From Octopus sinensis (lineage: Eukaryota), in assembly GCF_006345805.1 (NCBI RefSeq), contig NC_043001.1, forward strand, positions 10,292,001 to 10,356,000: DNA of 64,000 nucleotides, in the 5' to 3' direction. A program made the translations under genes and the position numbers. The first letter of the stretch is position 1; each line of letters starts with the position of its first letter. The notes under the pieces were generated by a model that ran no database searches, was not told the DNA's origin, and worked only from the letters and a program-made list of their open reading frames with translations. This document shows, piece by piece, positions 1-13,368 of the stretch.

Positions 1-861
1 TTCAGAACCATGATTACACATTAGGTTTTTAAATTGTCAGTAAACAAAATGACTCTGAATCGGTTTTACATGTCTTCAAACCAACAGCATATCGCTTGGT
101 GATAAGTCTTCTATTTTCTACTTCTTTATTCTATTTAATTTGATAGCAGTTGTCAGCATAATCTAATTGGTTAAAAGTTTCAGTTTTTGACTGGCCAAAA
201 TGGGCTCCGTTCCAATTTAACACTGAATGTTTGACATTCTTGCTTGATTGGTGTTTACCTTGCAAATTGAAGCCAAAGTATGATAGAGACATGCTAATGA
301 GTATATGGTTCAAACTCAAGGACGAGAAATTATAGCTTTTCTGCCTATAAATAACCAGATAATTCTGGAGCTATCTTTTGATATCCGTATAAGAAAATTT
401 CAACTTGTAAAACTGAAATATTTCAATTTTCAAACTTGTGTCTTGCTATGCTTAAAACATCTCTGCTTTATAGCAAGCCAATAAGATATTTCTGTATCCT
501 AGCATTTTTTTTTTTTTAACTGCATGTGTTTTTCTATGTATAGCATATATATAAATGTGTATATATATATATATACATGTGTCTGTATGTTATAAAAACA
601 TTTCATTACTGAATAAGTAAAGTTTTCATACAGAAAAAAAGGAAAATAGAGAACTGTTACTTCATACTTTTGATTCTTGGAATTTTCAGGAATTCTTATC
701 TAATGAAGGTTGACGAGAAAATTTTAGGATGGATTGTCTCTAAATTAGAAAAAGAATATATTTATTGTATCCTGTGGATCTGGTTAGAAAATTGAGAATA
801 TTCCCCAATTTTCAAAATTTAGCAAATTTTCAACATTTTTTTTGTTCACATCATTACACTA

Positions 862-1860
862 CAGGGTACAGTGAATAAATTGTCATCTTAATTATGAGAA
901 AATGAAAACAACACTGACATCTCATTTTAACAGATATATTTACCAAAACTACGGCCTCCAGACGACTTCAGAATCTCATACAGCTCTTCTGGATGGTCTC
1001 TTTAAGTTGGTCAATGCTGCCATAATTTTTACCTTCAGGTCATCTTTGGTGTTAGGAGTTTTGTTGATCTCTCGCTCAACTGTGCCCCATGCATAATAAC
1101 CAAGGGGGTTGCAGTCTGGGGAGTTAGGTGGCCAGATGTTAGGGGTAATGTGGTTGCAGAAATTGTCTGACGGCCATGACTGGGTTCTCCTGCTTTTGTG
1201 ACATAGTGCAGAGTCTTTTTGCCAGACATAGGGTCTTTCAGCAGCCACCCTCTTGACCCAGGGCAGCACTACTTCCTGCAGGCACTTGATGTGGGCCTCC
1301 GTGTTGAGGCTGAAGTCATATGGGAAGATGAATGGAGGCATAACGTCACCATCACTAGTGATCACTCCAAACACCATGATGTTGACTGGATGCTTGTTTT
1401 TTATCACTCTCAGTACATGTTTTGGGGACACAGCAAGCCAATGGTTGTTCTGTGTGTTCACCATCTGATTCTGGCAGAAATATTTTCTCGTCTGAGAAAA
1501 ATCAAAGCCTGTTCAGTTGGGGGGGATGCTTGAGTTGGTTCAAAAGCATTGTAGCATAGTCTTTCCTCCTGTCCTTGATGGCTTGGGATAAAAATTGGCC
1601 CTCTGTCGTCTTGTATGAGGAATACCGAATGGCTTCATGCAGTACCTGCCTGATAAGAAACTCAGGCACTCCCTGGCAATGGATCTGACTGACTTGGAGA
1701 GTGTTGTCAATCATGGCCTGGATCTCAACAACAAATTCAGGAGTTCTTTTCTTATCAGAATGAGTTTTCCAAGCTGCCATACCTTCATAATCACCATTAG
1801 ACTCCTCCAAATCTTTTGGAATTTATTGCGAATGATATTTGCCTCTCAAACCCTCTTTCA
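862..1860 (-). mobile_element. Decayed Tc1/mariner transposon, DD37D (maT-like) family
   Basis: ORF 976-1464 has a DDD-domain C-terminus (WQKD, 37 residues, then WPPNSPDCNPLG with the third D changed to G). ORF 1502-1810 resembles the N-terminal/HTH part in another frame. Terminus TA|CAGGGT at 860-867. Confidence 0.85.
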
Positions 1861-1869
1861 TGGGGCCGA

Positions 1870-2132
1870 AGAGATGATAGTCCAGTGACAAGGAAGTGAA
1901 AACAGTAGTGAAGAGGTGGCTCAAAGAAGAGTCAACAGAATTTTACGGGGCAGGGATACATGCTCTCATTCGAAGGTGGAACATTGTTATTGAGAGAAAC
2001 GGTGACTATGTTGAGAAGTAGGGATGTGATCCACAGAGGACCAGCTTCAATTTGATGTATGATACATGTTCCTGTGCTGGTAATTATACCTGTCCCAAAC
2101 AAAATGGCATTACTTTTTGACTCACCCTCGTA
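1870..2132 (+). mobile_element. Mariner (DD34D-type) transposase 3' end with terminal repeat
   Basis: Plus frame reads EVKTVVKRWLKEESTEFYGAGIHALIRRWNIVIERNGDYVEK*, a typical mariner C-terminus, followed by TTACTTTTTGACTCACCCTCG|TA. Confidence 0.8.
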
Positions 2133-3117
2133 CAATAAAACAAAATGAACGCAACAAGTCTAGCTATGAACAATAAATCTTGCGAACATATTTTCCGATG
2201 ACCATTCGCTGCATTATCTACAGTTGTTTACTGGTTGTTAAATAAAATTACATCTGATTCTGCTTCATTTTGTTCTCTCAGAAAAATAGTGTTTGAATAG
2301 TTATTACCTGCTTATGAAAAGTTATTATATGTTATAATTTAATATAATTACATTGGATAATATTGTGTTTCCAGCTTTCATAGCTATTTTGTTAAATACA
2401 ATATAATACTCCAGCGCATTGGAGTAGTTTACACGTCAGTTGCTTCAGTAAAAATCATTGATAAATTATAGTAAATTTGTTCAGATAATTATTCTTAGTA
2501 ATACGAGACCTTGTATAACTTTGATTTTTGTTTGTATTTGAGATGAATGCTTTGGCTTTTAATACATAGAATCATATTTTCTATACATTTTTTTTTTAAT
2601 AAGAAACCTTATGGTTTAAAAATTTCTAGGTAAAGTACAACCAGAGCTGAATTTCTCCCCTCGCCCACCTTCAAGAAACAAAAATAATAATGAAAATAAA
2701 ATGTAAACAAATATCCTGAAAGCATTGAGTTAAAATCGGTAATAGCTAAGTAAGTTCAATATTTTTAAAGCTACACTAATAAAAGAAGTTGATGGAAGAA
2801 GAGACCAGCAGTTAGAACCTCTTTGTTAAATAAACCGATTAAATTGTCAATATCATACATTGTCTGGCTTCACTTGACATACGATAATGTAATGGCTGCT
2901 GGATTGCTTCTTGACAATATAATGTTAATCTTGAGTTAATAATTGATTTAATGTATGTCCATATTGCTATAGGTTTTGAACACCTGCTACAAGGTAGCCT
3001 CGAAATAGGCGATCGACCTGCTAGAAATAGCAGCCAAGTCTCCTTTTAAAATAGGAAAAAAGTATGCATTGGATGCTGTAATTCCTGGTAAACAAGGTGT
3101 TTGTGATTGGAATACCT

Positions 3118-3348
3118 ATTTCTTTACTACCCACAAGGGGCTAAACACAGAGAGGACAAACAAGGACAGACAAAGGGATTAAGTCGATTATATCGACCCC
3201 AATGCGTAACTGGTACTTATTTAATCGACCCCTAAAAGGATGAAAGGCAAAGTCGACCTTGGCGGAATTTGAACTCAAAACATAGCGGCAGACAAAATAC
3301 CGCTAAGCATCTCGCCCGGCGTGCTAATGTTTCTGCCAGCTCGCCGCC
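3118..3348 (-). mobile_element. tRNA-derived SINE, family C
   Basis: B-box-like GAGTTCAAATTCC; matches 8 other copies in the window; flanked by 11-bp direct repeat TTGGAATACCT (3107-3117, 3349-3359). Confidence 0.85.
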
Positions 3349-3534
3349 TTGGAATACCTTCCCTTCAAATCAGGAGGCTTGCTGATCTGGTTTCAGCGGG
3401 AACTGAACAGTAGCAACATATTTACTGTGTAACTTTTTGTTTCTTAATCCATCTTCTTCTCCATAATGTGCAGTCTTTCATATCCTTTCTAACAATTTCA
3501 TCTCTACTTTTTGTACTCCATTATTAATTTACAG

Positions 3535-3735
3535 AGATGTACTTGCATAGCAAGTGACCTGATCTGAGATCGTGTGCTGGAACGAAAACAATTGCAGCAT
3601 GAAAGGTGTTTATAAGCCATTTAAGAAACACACAAAATCAATTAGATTCACTCTTCAACATTTAAATTTAATTTGTCGAAATATTTTCATCGCTTTGAGA
3701 CCGAGACCTGTTCCCTGACAAAATTCCGTGCTGCA
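3535..3735 (-). mobile_element. About 200-bp interspersed repeat (family E) with decayed hammerhead-like motif
   Basis: Near-identical to 31314-31510; hammerhead-like architecture at 3672-3722 on the minus strand. Confidence 0.7.
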
Positions 3736-3975
3736 TCTAGATTATTATTTAGATTATTATTTTACCTCTGCTTTACATTGTCTCTTAACATTATGTGTGC
3801 ATATTCATCTGACAAACATTGAATAACACCAATTTTCTGCCTCAGATTGGTTATGTTGATCAGTAAGTTCTTTATGTTCCTGAGGTTGACTTAGCCTTTC
3901 ATCCTTTTGGGACCAATAAAATAATTATACTAGTATTTATATTTTTGTTTCCATATATGTGTGTGTATATGTATG

Positions 3976-4015
<40 letters not shown>

Positions 4016-4099
4016 AGTGGACTTTCCTATTCCTAGACAACATATGAGGGTTTGACAATTTCTTACCGAACAACCACACAGATGATTTGTTTATGGTGA

Positions 4100-4315
4100 T
4101 CAAATGTTTGTGTAGACATAAGCTCACTCCTTCCATCAGATTAACATCACCTGTGCAGGTGCAACAGGTGCCACATGTCAGATGACTAAATGATCACAGA
4201 GCAACATGAAATGAAGTGCTTTGCTCAAGAACACAATGCAACACCTTGTCCTGGTCTGGGAATCGAACCCATGATCTCACAATCATAAGTGCAACACCCT
4301 AACCACTAAGCCACC
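4100..4315 (-). mobile_element. Degenerate tRNA-derived SINE
   Basis: Minus strand begins GTGGCTTAGTGGTTAGGGTG...GGGTTCGATTCCC (A- and B-box like). Confidence 0.6.
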
Positions 4316-4923
4316 CTTTTTTTTTGAGACCCTCTTCGGTCATGAATGACCATGGGATTGCACCAGCAATGTTACCCTCCCAGGCACAAGTCCGGGTAAG
4401 GCTGTTTATGGAAGACCAGCAGTGAATTAGCAGTCCTTTATAGCATTGGATAGAATGCCTCACATGATTTGTTTTGACTCTCTGCATCCACGAGTTCAAA
4501 TCCCAATGGGATTTATTTTGTCTTGGGTGAAGTTTGATTAAAAAATTACTAATTCAGGAAGATAAATTGGTGGAAAATTTAGAAGTTTGGGTAAGATGCC
4601 TCATAGTATATGTTCTGGCTGTTTGTGTTCTGTATAATTATGATGATACTGATGCCAAGTTGTATCAATCCTCGGTCGTTGGCGTTCCTTGTGGATAAAA
4701 ATTGGTATCATGGAGAGGGGTAACATGCTTGCATAGATAACTGGCAGTCATCCACAAAGAATCTTGTGTACACACACACACACACACTCACACATGCACA
4801 CACACACATCTTCCTTGCTGTTCCTCTTCCACAGCTTCAACCCATTTTTATTCGAGTATATGACCCTTCTTTCTACAGCTATCCTCCTCTATACTCATCA
4901 CATGGCCATATCAATACGTTATC

Positions 4924-5330
4924 CTTTTACTCTTTTACTCTTTTACTTGTTTCAGTCATTTGACTGTGGCCATGCTGGGGCACCACTTTTAACTGAGCAA
5001 ATCGACAGCAGGACTTATTCTTTGTAAGCCTAGTACTTATTGTATTGGTCTCTTTTGCCAAACTGCTAAGTTACGGGGACATAAACACACCAGCATCGGT
5101 TGTCAAGCGATGTTGGGGGAACAAACACATACACATACATATATATATATATATATATACATATATACGACGGGCTTCTTTCAGTTTCTGTCTACCAAAT
5201 CTACACACAAAGCTTTGGTCAGCCCGAGGCTATAGTAGAAGACACTTGACCACGGTGCCATGCAGTGGGACTGAACCAGGAACCATGTGGTTCGTAAGCA
5301 AGCTACTTACCACACAGCCACTCCTACACC
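4924..5330 (-). mobile_element. tRNA-derived SINE, family A
   Basis: tRNA-like head, central (TA/CA)n and (GTAAAAGA)n tail; many copies in the window. Confidence 0.9.
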
Positions 5331-5399
5331 TTGAACATTACACTTGATACCATTTATGACCAGTTCTTTTCTCGATTCATTTGTTCTCTCTCATTCATA

Positions 5400-5690
5400 C
5401 ACACTCTTATTACATATCCAATGAAGCAAGCATGATTCATTTCTTGCTAGCTTTTGTAAATCCTCTGCTATGCATCATTGCACTTCACACACAAGTATCA
5501 TGCAGTCTACCCTTCGCTCTAAAGGAGAGAGACCTTTTGGTGTCGACAGAAGTAATGGCACTCTTAACTTTTTCCAACCAACCATTACTTTGGTTATTAT
5601 GCTCTCAGACCCGTCCCCGCTAATTGGACCCTCTAAATAACAGAAGCTTACAACTGCTTCTGAAAGATGCCTGAGCACTGGTGAGAGTTA
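5400..5690 (-). mobile_element. RTE-clade LINE reverse transcriptase fragment
   Basis: ORF 5475-5678 (VVSFCYLEGPISGDGSESIITKVMVGWKKLR..KGLS) resembles the RTE RT motif F.YLG..I...G........RI..GW.KF. Confidence 0.7.
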
Positions 5691-6157
5691 ATTTTGCAAA
5701 CACTCTTAATACTTTTGGCCCCTGTGCATTTACCAGGAGTGAAATTTACCGTTTCTGTTAGCCTAACTTGATTCCAGTATATCTCTTGTACATTGGGTTT
5801 GAAGTCTACTTCCCAACCATGTGTTTTAAGGTTCAATTCCACTGTGCAAGACTGTCAGCATGCATTTGTGTCTCTGTATTTGTCTATATCTGTGATGGCT
5901 CATGTGAAGGTGTGGCAAATGGTGCTGTCAGTTCCTCCACTCAACAATGACTGTCTTGTTTCCTCCAGCTATTAAAGCTATGTTGGATAAAAGATACCCA
6001 CTTGAAAAACAGACAATGGTTAGCATCAGGAAAGATATCTGGCTGTAAAGCAATGTCTTGAATATCATTTTCTAACCCAGACAAGCATGGAAGAACATTT
6101 CACATATTCTAAGACATTCCAAAATTCTATATGTCATGTGCCACTTAATATATGAGA

Positions 6158-6452
6158 TCCGAACGTGGCCATTGCCAGCGCCGCCTTGGCTGGCTTCCGT
6201 GCCGGTGGCACGTTAAAAGCTCCAACCGATCATGGCTGATGCCGGACCCCCCCTGGCACCTGTGCAGGTGGCACATAAAAAGCACCCACTACACTCTCAG
6301 AGTGGTTGGCGTTAAGAAGGGCATCCAGCTGTAGAAACTCTGCCAGATCAGACTGGAGCCTGGTGCAGCCTTCTGGCTTCCCAGGCCCCGGTCGAACCGT
6401 CCAACCCATGCTAGCGTGGAAAACGGACGTTAAACGATGATGATGATGATGA
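6158..6452 (+). mobile_element. RTE-tailed repeat, family B (3' part)
   Basis: GGTGGCAC.TAAAAAGCACC subrepeats, GGGCATCCAGCTGTAGAAAC block and (GAT)n tail. Confidence 0.85.
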
Positions 6453-7364
6453 GGTTTCTCTCTCCATATCTGCCAGGGTCCAAGGGAAGTCTTTCTCCTT
6501 CCTTCCTTGTGCTTGTATGGTAGCTTTGAGGGAAGACATGCTGGTTTCCATTGTATAGAACTGCTGTACTGGTTTTTGGTTTTTCTTTCAGTTAGATGAT
6601 CCATATCTAAACTTTGTCAGTTGCTGGTGACAGTGGCAAAGCTGAGATCAAATATTTTTAAAGATATAAATCCATTTCCATTAGACTTATTTAAAGATAA
6701 TTCTTTTATTATTGTCTATATCAAAGCATACTTATATTTTATCTTAAATCATTTTTGATCCTCATCAGATTCTTAATATCTTTCTCTTTCATGCCATTTC
6801 TTTTGAGACCAAATTACAAAAGTAATCCCATTAACAGTGACCTATCTTTTCTTAAAGTCAGTGCTTTCTTTAAGATTCTTGCCAAAAGATCAGTCAGGAT
6901 TAGAAATATATTACATTAAAGGCAATTTTTTAAAGTTTTAAATTCATTTCTCATTGAATCTAATGACTTATAAATGTATGTTTAATTTGCTAGCAGGACT
7001 TATTCATTTGGGTTTCAGTGTTTCAAGCCACAGACAGTGAAGTCATACAAGAGGGATTGATGCCAGCAACTAATTGAAAGCATCTATTTAATCTTTTACT
7101 TGACTTGCTGTTTCTGCAGCATATGCTACTCGGTGATAATATAATTAGATATATGCTTCAGGTTAATTAGTGCTAATAGTATATTCATCATTTCATAAAG
7201 ATTACTCACTCAATGAAGAAATGACAAAAGTAAAATAAAATTATCTGTGCATGTCATATTTGCGTATAGAATTATTTTCAAAGAATCACATTTCCAACTC
7301 TTCTTTTCTTTTTTTTTTTTTGTATGTATATGTTTGTGAATAATTTTCTGGAATTGCTTCACAG

Positions 7365-7995
7365 ACGCAGGTATGGCTGTGTAGTTAAGTTCACTTTGCA
7401 ACTGCGTAGCTTTGAGTTCAGTCCCATTGCCATAACACCTTTGGCAAGTGTCTTCAGATGTAACTCTAGGTTGATCAATGCCTTGTAAGTAAATTTTGTT
7501 GCCAGAAACTTAGAGGCTGCCCATCATATATGTGTGTATATGTGCCAATCAGACGGTACTGTTAACAGTACCATCTGATTGGCACTCGTGCCATTGGAAC
7601 GTTAAAAGCACATCTGAGCGTGATCATTGCCAAGGTCACTGATTGGCTCCTGTGCAGGTAGCACGTAAAAAGTACCGTTTGAGTGTGATCACTGCCAGCG
7701 TTGCCTTACCGGCACATGCCGGTGGCATGTGTAAAACAACATTCTAGCGTGGTCATTGCCAGTACTGCTGGACTGGCTCCCATGCAGGTAGCACATAAAA
7801 AACACCTTTTGTCCCACACTACTGGTGTTGGTTTGTTTATGCTTCTGCAACTTAGAGGTTTGGCAAAAGAGACTGATTGAAAAAAGGAAGAGTAAAGGTA
7901 CCAGGGTCAATTTGTTTCACCGAGTTCTTCAAGGCAACAACCGAACATGGCTGCAGTCCAGTGACTGAAACATGTAAAAGTTAATAGTAAAGAGA
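7365..7995 (+). mobile_element. Old family A SINE interrupted by a family B segment (about 7586-7810)
   Basis: A head 7365-7540, B subrepeats 7586-7810, A 3' half 7812-7995. Confidence 0.65.
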
Positions 7996-9909
7996 TAAAA
8001 AATTTAAAACTTAAAATTGTGTCCTTCGTAAACCGAACAACATCTATAATTTAGCAACTGTAAATTTTATGTATTTGTTGCATTGATATGCCTGTGGGAA
8101 AGAGTGTAGTTACAATGGTGACTATTACATGTACCAGTAAGTTCTAAGCAAACAAAGGTCATCTGTAATCTTTCACTGTGTTTGTATTAGAGAACTACCT
8201 CTATTATCATTAGTAAAAAAAAAAAACAAAGGTGGAACGAATATTATAGTTCTGTTGTATCATTAGTTGATTGGTAGGACTGTATTTTGACCTTTTGCAT
8301 ATTACTGCGGGTAGCTTTGTGTAGTGGTAGGTCTGAATGAGATGAATCTGGAAGCAATTGGTGGTTGCATTTCAATTATTTTTGTTAGTATAATTAGGAA
8401 AAGAGGTGAATGTCAAAACGTGTCATTTCTCAGCATCTAGAAAACACTAAAGATTCATGATTGATGACTAAACTTTTATTATTATTATTGGGCGTTTTAT
8501 TGTAAATCTAACACAATTTTTCGTTGTATTTCTATTAAATTATTGTAGTTATTATGCTATGTAAAATGTGTAATATATGAAAGTTGCTGTTAAAAATATA
8601 CACTCACAGCAAATATGTCTCATTTTCTATGAAAGCAATAAGGTTTGTTGTTTTTCTTTCGATTTTGCTATGGAAACAATCAATTCACACAAATAGATAC
8701 CATTGTAGTTACTGACTTCTCCCACCGTAACCTTACCTGTAAAGGTAACTCAAACAAATAGCTCACATGTAATTGAGTTCTACTTCAGGTCGTGTAAGAT
8801 TATTAAAATACTTTATTGGACACTGTACTTGAGTTGGATAAATTTTACCTTTCATTTATAAAAGAATGCTTGGGCTGAAATAGATTTCAGTCACTTGGTT
8901 CATTAAAACAAGAAATAGGGGACTAATTCTGATAGGGAGTAGGAAATTCTCTGCAGCAGACAAACCGGTTATTGACACTCTTCAAGACACCTTTACCTGA
9001 TAAAGATCTCTTTACATATTTCTACCTGTGTTAGTGTCAGATATACATGCTGAGAGATGCTTGATAAAGGAATCCTTACAGCCCAACTCATTAAGCCCGG
9101 TGCCCACCGGCGCTTTTAGCATTGTGAGAATGGTCCCTATATCTCTCATTTGACAATTATATACTACTCCGATACAACTCTACAAAACGCTTCTATTTAT
9201 CCACACATTCTTGTATTTATCCTGTACATTTATCCTCAATGCTTTCCTAAAAATCCATTCCTCTGGCATTTTCTTTTCACTTAGATACCAGATATTCTTG
9301 TATTTATATACTTTAAAACCGAACATCAAGCATATCGACTCCGTCTATTCTTAAATCTTTTCCAAGCTGGAAAAAGCTATGAACATTGTCCCTACTCTTC
9401 TGATTAACTAATGAATAAAAACTACAAGAGAAGTATTTGTAGCATTATTTTATTTCTGAATGATGGCTTTATTTGTTGGAGATCAGTGATGTGAGTTATT
9501 TTTAACTGTGTTTGGTATTCTAAGAAGTTTATATTTCATCTCATTGCACTTATTTAGCTGTGATTCATTGGAGCTTTTCACTGTACTCCAACTTTATTAT
9601 GCATAATAATAGGATGATAGTTGACCTATTCTTACTGCAAACATGAGATTAAGAAATATACTTTACTTCTATTTGTGTGCATGTGACTAAATGCTAGCAT
9701 ATACACACACGTGTGTGTGAATGTGTGCGTGTGTGTATGAGTGTATGTTACAGGTTTACATGTGTAAGCATTTAAAGTGCTCAATACACATGTGGTAAAA
9801 AAAAGTGTAGGGGCTATTATTTGTATAAATCCATGTTACATTCAGGTATATTACATGTGTGTGCTTGTACATATTGCATTGAAGAAATCAAGTATTACAC
9901 TCTCTTAAA

Positions 9910-10284
9910 TGTTTCAGTCACTTGTCAGCGGCCATGCTGGAGCACCACCTTTATTTGAGCAAATCAACCCCAGGACTTATTCTTTGTAAACCTAGTACTT
10001 ATTCTATCGGTCTCTTTTGCCGAACTGCTAAGTTACAGGGATGTAAACACACGAGCATCGCTTGTCAAGCGATGTTGGCGGGGACAAACACAGACACAGA
10101 CACACACACACACACACATATATATATATGATGGGCTTCTTTCAGTTTCCATCTACCAAATCCACTCACATGGCTTTGATCGGCCCGAGGCTATAGTAGA
10201 AGACACTTGCCCAAGGTGCCACGCAGTGGGACTGAACCATGTGGTTGGTAAGCAAGCTACTTACCACACAGCCACTCCTGCACC
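9910..10284 (-). mobile_element. SINE family A
   Basis: Collinear with the other A copies. Confidence 0.9.
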
Positions 10285-10756
10285 TGATCTAAAAAAATTT
10301 TGTTTTTTACCTTTCTAAACAGTATTTAGCAACTCTAAGTTCATTTTTATGTCAAGTTTTGTGATATCATGGCCCATTCAAGTAGGAAGCTGTTGTAGAC
10401 TGAGATGTGTCCCAGTATAGGTGGCTTATCAGGTATCCCTTAAAGAAATTTGCCCAGGTATTATTTGAAAGTGATGGGATCTTTTCTTTAGTTTGTTTTG
10501 GGATGCTGTAAATAACGTCAACTAATTGTTCACCTGTATTTCATGAGAATAACTAGCAGCAGTATTCAGCCTTGATTTATTAAAACCTAAAATATATTCA
10601 ATCATACGATTGAACTCCCTAAGTTGTGAATAAATTGATTTAAAACTATCTTCAGTTTATCTGGGAATGTTGACTCACTCATTATAGAGTCAGCTAAGTA
10701 AAATCGCTGTTCAAGGTAGGCTTCATAAAAATAGACACAGCAAATCTAACATAAAA

Positions 10757-11129
10757 TTTTACTCTTTTACTTGTTTCAGTCATGTGACTATGGCCATGCT
10801 GGAGCACTGCCCTTCGACCCCAGGACTTATTCTTTGTAAGCCTAGTACTTATTCTATCAGTCTCTTTTCCTGAACCGCTAAGTTACGGGGATGCAAACAA
10901 ACCAGTATCGGTTGTCAAGCGATGTTAGGGGGACAAACACAGACACACGAACAAATACACACACATATATACGACAGGCTTCTTTCAGTTTCCGTCTACC
11001 AAATCCACTCACAAGGCTTTGGTCGGCCCGAGGCTATAGTAGAAGACACTTGCTCAAGGTACCATGCAGTGGGACTGAACCTGGAACCATGTGGTTTGTA
11101 AGTAAGCTCCTTACCACACAGCCACTCCT
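10757..11129 (-). mobile_element. SINE family A
   Basis: Collinear with the other A copies. Confidence 0.9.
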
Positions 11130-11789
11130 TGAAACTTTTCAAAAAATTTTACCTGAACATTTAAAAAGGAAAACTAGGAATATTTTACATTAATGAATTA
11201 TTTCAATGCCTTTTAAGTACTTAGGGGTATACTATAGTCATTTTTTTCCAGCTGGGAGTTACAAAACAGCAAATTTAAGAAAATGTCACATAGCTTATAA
11301 CCTTGGTTTCTTATATGTATATGGAAAACTGTAGCTGAGAAATTGATACATCCTCATAGATAGATATATATATATTTTTATGTATTAAGATGACAAGTTT
11401 TATATTTTTGTGTGTTCAATATTAAACTGCGATACTTATTTTTGTACCAGTCTCTCAGGTTTGCTGACCATTAAACTTAGTAATCACTTCTTAGAGAAAG
11501 CTGTTATCTTTTTTTATTATTGTTTCCATCTATAATTCTAAAAGATTCTTGGTGATTATCTTTTAAAGTGTCTCCTGTGGATGAGTTTATGCATATTATG
11601 TATTAACACACACACACACACACACACACACAATTTAATTCCATATATATTAATCCTGTATTGGGTTATCTGAACATCCTAATTTTTACGTCTTCTGTAA
11701 CCCTTGGGTCTATTTCAGCTGCCGTTCCACTGCCAACTCCCAGCTCTCCACTTAGAATCGTATTTGTTTGCATGCTTGTTAATTCCTTC

Positions 11790-12300
11790 TCAGTCATCTC
11801 CGTTGCAAAGATGACTGGCATTGCAGATTAGATAGCAGCAGAGAATGCGAGTGAGGAAAGGCGGGGGAGGGAGGGGGGAGGAGTCCAAAGAGCTGTGCTT
11901 TCTGTGAAGGAAGAATAGAGATTGTTTATTACAGATCTGGGAATTGATACGCAAAGGGGAGAAAATAGTACAAGAAACAATTGCATTGATTTCTTTTGCG
12001 TGGCATGGAGTAAAGTTAATTGTTTCTAGAGGAAAAGAGGCCAATAAAGCTATGATAGGAAAGACAAAGAGAACAGCTCAGCTTGAGGTCAGAGGCTGGT
12101 CTAAGCTTGAGTTTATATCAATCAGATGGCTTTTTCATAGATGCAGTGTAGAGAGTATTTGTTTTATGTGCATTGTTACAGATGTCTCAGCATTGTTGAT
12201 GTGTATATTTACATTTTGTAAATGGAAATCAACATGTCGGTATGCACTAGTGTTGGTGCTTCCATATCAGTCTACTAGAAATAGCACTGCGTCTTTTATG
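11790..12300 (-). mobile_element. Highly decayed CR1/L2-type LINE ORF2 3' region
   Basis: Minus frame VSIPRSVINNLYSSFTESTALWTP resembles the ORF2 C-terminal motif V.IP...T..Y..SF.P.T..LWN.LP; many stops. Confidence 0.5.
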
Positions 12301-12393
12301 CGTCTTTGTGGTCATTATATTTATCCATTTATATCATCATCATCATCATCATCATAATTGTTTAACATGCACTTTCCATGAAAGAAGCTCATC

Positions 12394-12447
<54 letters not shown>

Positions 12448-12653
12448 TATATATTTGTGTTGTTTGTCTTGTACTCTGTTTTTTTGTTGTTAAAAAAAGT
12501 CCGTTTCCTTGTTTGATTTTATGTTTTCGTTTCTCGTTGTGTTCTACATTTATTTGTGGTGTCCTGTACTCATATATGCATGTGTATAAATACATATAGA
12601 TATAGGTATGTACATATATGTATGCATATGCTTTATTTATTAAATTGTATATA

Positions 12654-12689
<36 letters not shown>

Positions 12690-12699
12690 TGTGTGTGTG

Positions 12700-12890
12700 T
12701 GTGTCTGCGTCCCCACCCCCCAACATCACTTGACAACTGATGCTGGTGTGTTTACGTCCCTATAACTTAGGGGTTCGGCAAAATGGACCGATAGAATAAG
12801 TACTAGGCTTACAAAGAATAAGTCATGGGGTCGATTTGCTCAACTAAAGGTGGTGCTCCAGCATGGCCACAGTCAAATGACTGAAACAAG
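12700..12890 (+). mobile_element. SINE family A, 3' half
   Basis: Matches the A 3' half and follows a TA/TATG/TG microsatellite. Confidence 0.8.
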
Positions 12891-13176
12891 TTGGGTTGGA
12901 CGATTTGACTGAAGAATGGCAAACCAGATGGCTGTACCAGGCTCCAATCTGATCTGGCAGAGTTTCTACAGCTGGGTGCTCTTCCTAATGCCAACCACTC
13001 TAAGAGTGTAGTGGGTGCCTTTTACATGCCACTGGCATGAGGGCCAGTCAGGCGGTACTGGCAACAGCCACACTCAAAAGGTGCTTTTTATTTGCCACCT
13101 GCATAGGAGCCAGTCCAGCAGCAGTGGCAACAACCTTGCTCGAATATTTTTTCACGTGCCACCGGCACAAGTGCCA
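12891..13176 (-). mobile_element. Family B repeat
   Basis: Matches the B 3' block and subrepeats. Confidence 0.8.
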
Positions 13177-13249
13177 TATATATTTCCATGCTGAAAGAAA
13201 GTAGTGAAATTAACTCCCATGCTGCTCTTTAAATGGTTAAAAGTATTAC

Positions 13250-13368
13250 CTTTGACCAGGAAAATGTTATGAGAGGGGCTCCATCTGCTTTACAGATTAA
13301 AGTTGCTGTTCCTCCTTTGTCACTGGCTGCTTTTGCATATTGCCGAGATTGGTCTATTTGTGGTGTAA
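13250..13368 (-). CDS. Internal coding exon of a nephrin-like (NPHS1/Sns/Hibris-type) Ig cell-adhesion protein
   Basis: Minus frame reads FTPQIDQSRQYAKAASDKGGTATLICKADGAPLITFSWSK, followed by donor AAG|GTAATA (phase 0). It resembles human nephrin [42 protein letters not shown] (recalled) and keeps the Ig Cys and Trp. The acceptor is uncertain (13368 or 13353). No other exon was recognised. Confidence 0.75.

Noticed and set aside
131-340. Open frames on both strands (FDWPKWAPFQ... and MSLNHILIS...)
   Set aside because: No recognisable domain, and no Ig or FN3 motif as expected for the next nephrin exon.
5648-5842. Minus ORF ending at a GTAAG donor-like site
   Set aside because: It begins in a decayed SINE head and ends in an RTE fragment; no homology recognised.
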